36,825 bases of DNA. Origin: Octopus bimaculoides. Its lineage: Eukaryota. Each line of letters begins with the position of its first letter. Within the stretch, counting starts at the first letter, position 1. Below the pieces are notes generated by a model. It saw only the letters and a list, made by a program, of their open reading frames with translations, was not told where the DNA came from and did no database searches. Positions 32,900 through 36,825 of the stretch are shown piece after piece. The DNA lies in the NCBI RefSeq assembly GCF_001194135.2, contig NC_068996.1, positions 48,472,570-48,509,394 of the forward strand, given 5' to 3'. Position numbers and translations under genes: made by a program.

Positions 32900-33130
32900 A
32901 ACAGATTGACAGACAGGCAGGCAAGCAGGAAGGCAAATGAATAGACAGAGAAATTGACAGACAGATAAACAAATTGACAGAGAAATTGACAGACAGGCAG
33001 GTAATCAGGAAGGCAAATGAATAGGCAAATAGATTGACGGACAGGCAGACAAACAAGAAGGCAAATAAATAGATTGACAGACAAATAAACAGATTGACAG
33101 ACAAACAGGAAGGCAAATGAATAGAGAGAC
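32900..33130. repeat. Degenerate GACA/GGCA/AAAT minisatellite
   Basis: Repeated ATTGACAGACAGGCAG...GAAGGCAAATGAATAG units. Confidence 0.8.
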
Positions 33131-33136
33131 TGGTAA

Positions 33137-33415
33137 TTATTTTATTAACTTTGAAAGAATGAAAGGCAAAGTTGACCTCCAATGGCATTTGAACTTTGAA
33201 CGGAAAAATGTACAAAATGCCACTAAGCATTTTTTCCACAGTGCTAAAAATCCTGCCAGTTTGCAACCTAAATAATCCTTTCTAATAAAGGCACAAAGCC
33301 TGAAATTTGTTGGGGAGGGGGACCAGTCAATGACATCAACCCCAGTGTTTGAATGGTACTTATTTTTTTGATCCCAAAAGGATGAAAGGCAAAGTCGACC
33401 TCTGGCGACCAGCAT
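33137..33415 (-). mobile_element. Two SINE family C-related fragments
   Basis: GAAAGGCAAAGTTGACC and GATGAAAGGCAAAGTCGACC are reverse complements of the central domain. Confidence 0.7.
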
Positions 33416-33521
33416 TCTTTCAGTAACAAATGATGGGCATTCAAACAAATCAATACTGGTTGTCAAGTAGTGGAGTGGGGAGAAGACAAACACGCACACA
33501 CAAATAAATAAATAACAACAA

Positions 33522-33766
33522 ATGGATAATGGTTCATTCACTACAGCTGTTTCCAATGAATTTTTATCAATGATTAGAAATATTACATGTGGAAAAAAAT
33601 ACTTTCTCATCAGGTGAATATACATGAATTCCACATTTAAAACATTCCAGTAGTTGCCAGTTTGTGCCCCTTCATGATTCCCTGACAAGTAAAATGCACT
33701 TAATGTATCTATGTATCGATAAAAAAATTCATTGGAAACAGCTGTAATGAATAAACCATTATCCAT
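33522..33766. mobile_element. MITE with ~50-bp TIRs
   Basis: ATGGATAATGGTTCATTCACTACAGCTGTTTCCAATGAATTTTT at 33522 and its near-perfect reverse complement ending at 33766. Confidence 0.8.
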
Positions 33767-33789
33767 CTATTATTATTATTAATTATTAT

Positions 33790-34293
33790 TTACATATGGA
33801 CAGGTGCTCCTGTGGATTGTTTAACTCTGTTGAACTGCATTCAACGCCATATTTGTAATGCTTATTGGTCCTGATCTATCTTCTAAATTGGATTTACTCT
33901 TTCATTGTTGTCATGTGGCTTCCTTGTCTCTTTTCTATAAGTATTTCCATGGACATTGTTCAGCTGAGCTCTCTTCTTTGGTTCCTCCTTTAAGAACTTA
34001 GCAGCAATCAACTAGACTTGCATCCAGTTCTCATCAGTATACTCTCTGCAACCTCCTAAGTGTCATAAAGCACTTTACAGTACCAATTTTTTTCCCCTGC
34101 ACCTCTGAACTTTGGAATTCCCTTCCGCAGTCTTGTTTTCCTCTTCAATATGACCTCCAATCTTTTAAGTCTAATGTACATCGTCATCTATTGACTTCTG
34201 TTCAGCATCCGTTTTCTTCTAGAAGCTCTTACATTTTCAGTGGTCTAAGGACATTGTAATGAGCAAATGCTTTGAAAAAAAAAAAAAAAAAAA
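33790..34293 (+). mobile_element. CR1/Jockey-group LINE 3' fragment with poly(A) tail
   Basis: VASLSLFYKYFHGHCSAELSSLVPP...LWNSLP...FKSNV similarity to the RT C-terminus; A-run at 34276-34293. Confidence 0.75.
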
Positions 34294-34764
34294 TTCAGAG
34301 CTTGCAATTAGCAAAGATCTGGAGTCTATTAAGTGCAGTATAATTGGTGCAGCGTTTGTATCCATGTGCAGCCTTGAGACTCATAATTTCCTCAGGTTAA
34401 TATAATATCTTAATATAAAATAATCCGAAATTATTCACATACTTTTTGCCAACTTTATATCATAAATTTATAAAAATTATCTATCCATAATTAATCATAA
34501 TCAACCCTTTCAAACTAAATTAAATAAAAAATAATTCAAAAGATAAAAACCAACATACTTTTTACCGGTTTGAACTCTCATCATGTAAAAATCGAACAGA
34601 TTTACCCAATGTAAATGTATTTACAATTGGAATAATAATTTGTCTATACTTCAGTATGTAGCTATTTGTTTCTATGCTTTTGTAATATACATGATTCCTT
34701 TTATTTAACCCGGCCCAGTGCATTACCATTTAAGTATCTGATTCACTTACATCCTGAACTCTTA

Positions 34765-34951
34765 TATGGTGGCACATAAAAGCACCCACTACACTCTCGG
34801 AGTGGATGGCGCTAGTAAGGGCATCCAGCTGTAGAAACACTGCCAGATCAGATTGGAGTCTGGTGTAGCCATCAGCTTCGCCAGTCCCCAGTCAAAATGT
34901 CCAATCCATGCTAGCATGGAAAGTGGACATTAAATGATGATGATGATGATG
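34765..34951 (+). mobile_element. Repeat family B copy with (GAT)n tail
   Basis: Matches 14395-14690. Confidence 0.8.
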
Positions 34952-35539
34952 AGGGTGCGATGAGTAAATTGTTGTGATTTTATATTTGTAATTTCATGCA
35001 CGCAAATTCTTTGTTTTTGATTTTGTCGATTACTCAGTATAGTAGGGTCAGTTGGGCACAGTCTGTGAGAAAAACAACACCATGACATAATTCACTCTGC
35101 CAGAAATTTGGAAATGACATGCTGTACTGCTTGGCATTCATGCTGGAAGTGATAAAAATCATGGTGGAATTGATAAAATCACCCCAGAAGCGATGAAAAT
35201 CATGCTGAGAGTGATAAAAATCAAACATCCAGTCAACATCATGGTGTTTGGAGTGATCACTATTGATGGCAACGTTATGCCTCCATTCATCATCCCACAT
35301 GGCCTCAGATGCAACACGGAGACCTACATCAAGTGCCTAGAAGAGGCAGTGCTACCCTGGGTCAAGAGGGTGGCTGCTGGAAGACCTTATGTCTGGCAAC
35401 AAGACTTTGCACCATGCCACATAAGCAAGAGAACCCAGTCGTGACTGTCAGACAATTTTTGCGACTACACCGCCCCTAAAATCTGGCCACCTAACTTCCC
35501 AGACTGTAATTTAGATGACAATATATTCACCACACCCTG
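34952..35539 (+). mobile_element. Internally deleted Tc1/mariner-superfamily element (maT/DD37D-like)
   Basis: KHPVNIMVFGVITIDG...WQQDFAPCH...IWPPNFPDCN (ORF 35193-35444 and beyond); ends AGGGTG... and ...CACCCTGTA. Confidence 0.75.
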
Positions 35540-35544
35540 TATTC

Positions 35545-35905
35545 TTTTATTCTTTTATTCGTCTCAGTCATTATGACTGCAGCCATGCTGGAGCACCGCC
35601 TTTAGTTGAACAAATCAGCCTTAGGACTTATTCTTTGTAAGCCTAGTATTTATTCCATTGGCTTCTTTTGCTGAACCACTAAGTTACGGGGACATAAACA
35701 CACCAACATTGGTTGTCAACGAATGGTGAGGTACCAAACACAGACACACAAACATATACATATATATATATACATATATGCACAACGGGCTTCTTTCAAT
35801 TTCCATCAACTAAATCCACTCACAAGCCTTTAGTTGGTCTGAGGCTATAAGTAGAAGTCATTTGCCCAAGGTGCCATGCAGTGGGACTGAAACAGGAACT
35901 ATGTG
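35545..35905 (-). mobile_element. SINE family A, inverted
   Basis: Reverse-complement match across most of its length. Confidence 0.85.
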
Positions 35906-36382
35906 ATTGAAGAATTAATTATTCAAAATTGATTTATACAATTGAAAGAAATGTGTTTCTAGCATTCAAAATCCATGCTTCTAGCCTCTTAAGTTGCAAG
36001 TTATTCTGACCAAAAGTTATACATATTTTGTTTTCCTTTTATCGTTTACTTGTTTGAGTCATTAGATTGTGGCCATGCTGGGGCACTGCTATGAAGTGTT
36101 TTAGTTAAATGAATCAACACCAGTACTTGTTTTATTTTTAAAGCCTGGTTCTTATTCCTCTTTTGCTGAACCGCATAACACAAACACAAACACACACACA
36201 CACATATATAAAGGAATGTAAACTACAGGTTTTTATATACACACCTATTATTTTAAGGAAATCAATTTCCCCAAAATATTAGGAATTGAACCAGTATTTC
36301 CTTGGATGACACCATCCCTTCATGAGACTAACGTAACCTCTAACCAAATTATATATATATATATATCATCGTTTATATATAT

Positions 36383-36589
36383 CATCATCGTTTAACGTCC
36401 GTTTTCTATGCTGGCATGGGTTGGACGGTTCAACTGGGGTCTGGGAAGACAGGAGGCTGCACCAGGCTCCAATCTGATCTGGCAGTGTTTCTACAGTTGG
36501 ATGCCCTCCCTAATGCTAACCACTCCGAGAGCGTGGTGGGTGTTTTTTATATGCTACCAGCACAGGGGCCAGAGGAGCTGGCATCGACC

Positions 36590-36590
<1 letters not shown>
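36383..36590 (-). mobile_element. Repeat family B copy
   Basis: CATCATCG-TTTAACGTCC...GGATGCCCTCCCTAATGCTAACCAC. Confidence 0.8.
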
Positions 36591-36626
<36 letters not shown>

Positions 36627-36825
36627 AGGAAAATGAAAAAAAGCCAGAATGCTGAACTGGAAGCATAATTTAATAAAGATTTTTTCTAACCGGTTTTCAT
36701 TGCGATGAAGCAAATTATCAAGAAGAAGGAGAATGAAAATGTTTTTTTACAAAGAAGTACAAAAAAGTACAAAATGAAGAAAATAATATATAAAACAATA
36801 ATATATTAAAAAAATAATAAATATA

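Noticed and set aside
32352-32940. Poly-Asp, poly-His, poly-Ile and poly-Met ORFs
   Set aside because: These are translations of a (GAT/TAT)n array in different frames, with no splice or domain support.
34300-34400. Short open frames on both strands (MSLKAAHGYKRC... and ELAISKDLES...) as a further host exon
   Set aside because: I found no convincing phase-compatible donor and acceptor pair.

Overview
AT-rich, repeat-dense eukaryotic genomic DNA with four N-gaps. The repeat families and microsatellites resemble those of Octopus/cephalopod scaffolds, but that assignment is my inference. No CRISPR array, rRNA or intact tRNA gene is seen, and most ORF-track entries are gap, microsatellite or repeat artefacts. 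I can reconstruct a minus-strand chain of about 8 short, phase-compatible coding exons (31409 down to a stop at 8710) of a protein I cannot identify; one exon carries an apparent 1-nt frameshift. Its introns and flanks hold decayed mobile DNA: a Tx1/L1-like LINE, a near-full-length R4/Dong-like LINE, RTE and CR1-like fragments, several mariner/Tc1 elements, a Chapaev3-like fragment, MITEs, a candidate solo LTR and many SINEs. The most interesting signals involve RNA structure. (1) A stand-alone type I hammerhead ribozyme fold lies at 497-572. (2) An inverted-duplicated Penelope-like element (21258-24117) has terminal repeats that join a tRNA-like Pol III promoter cassette to a minimal dimer-type hammerhead. 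The copy in host-sense orientation has lost its cleavage triplet, and the inversion point is a perfect 32-bp palindrome.
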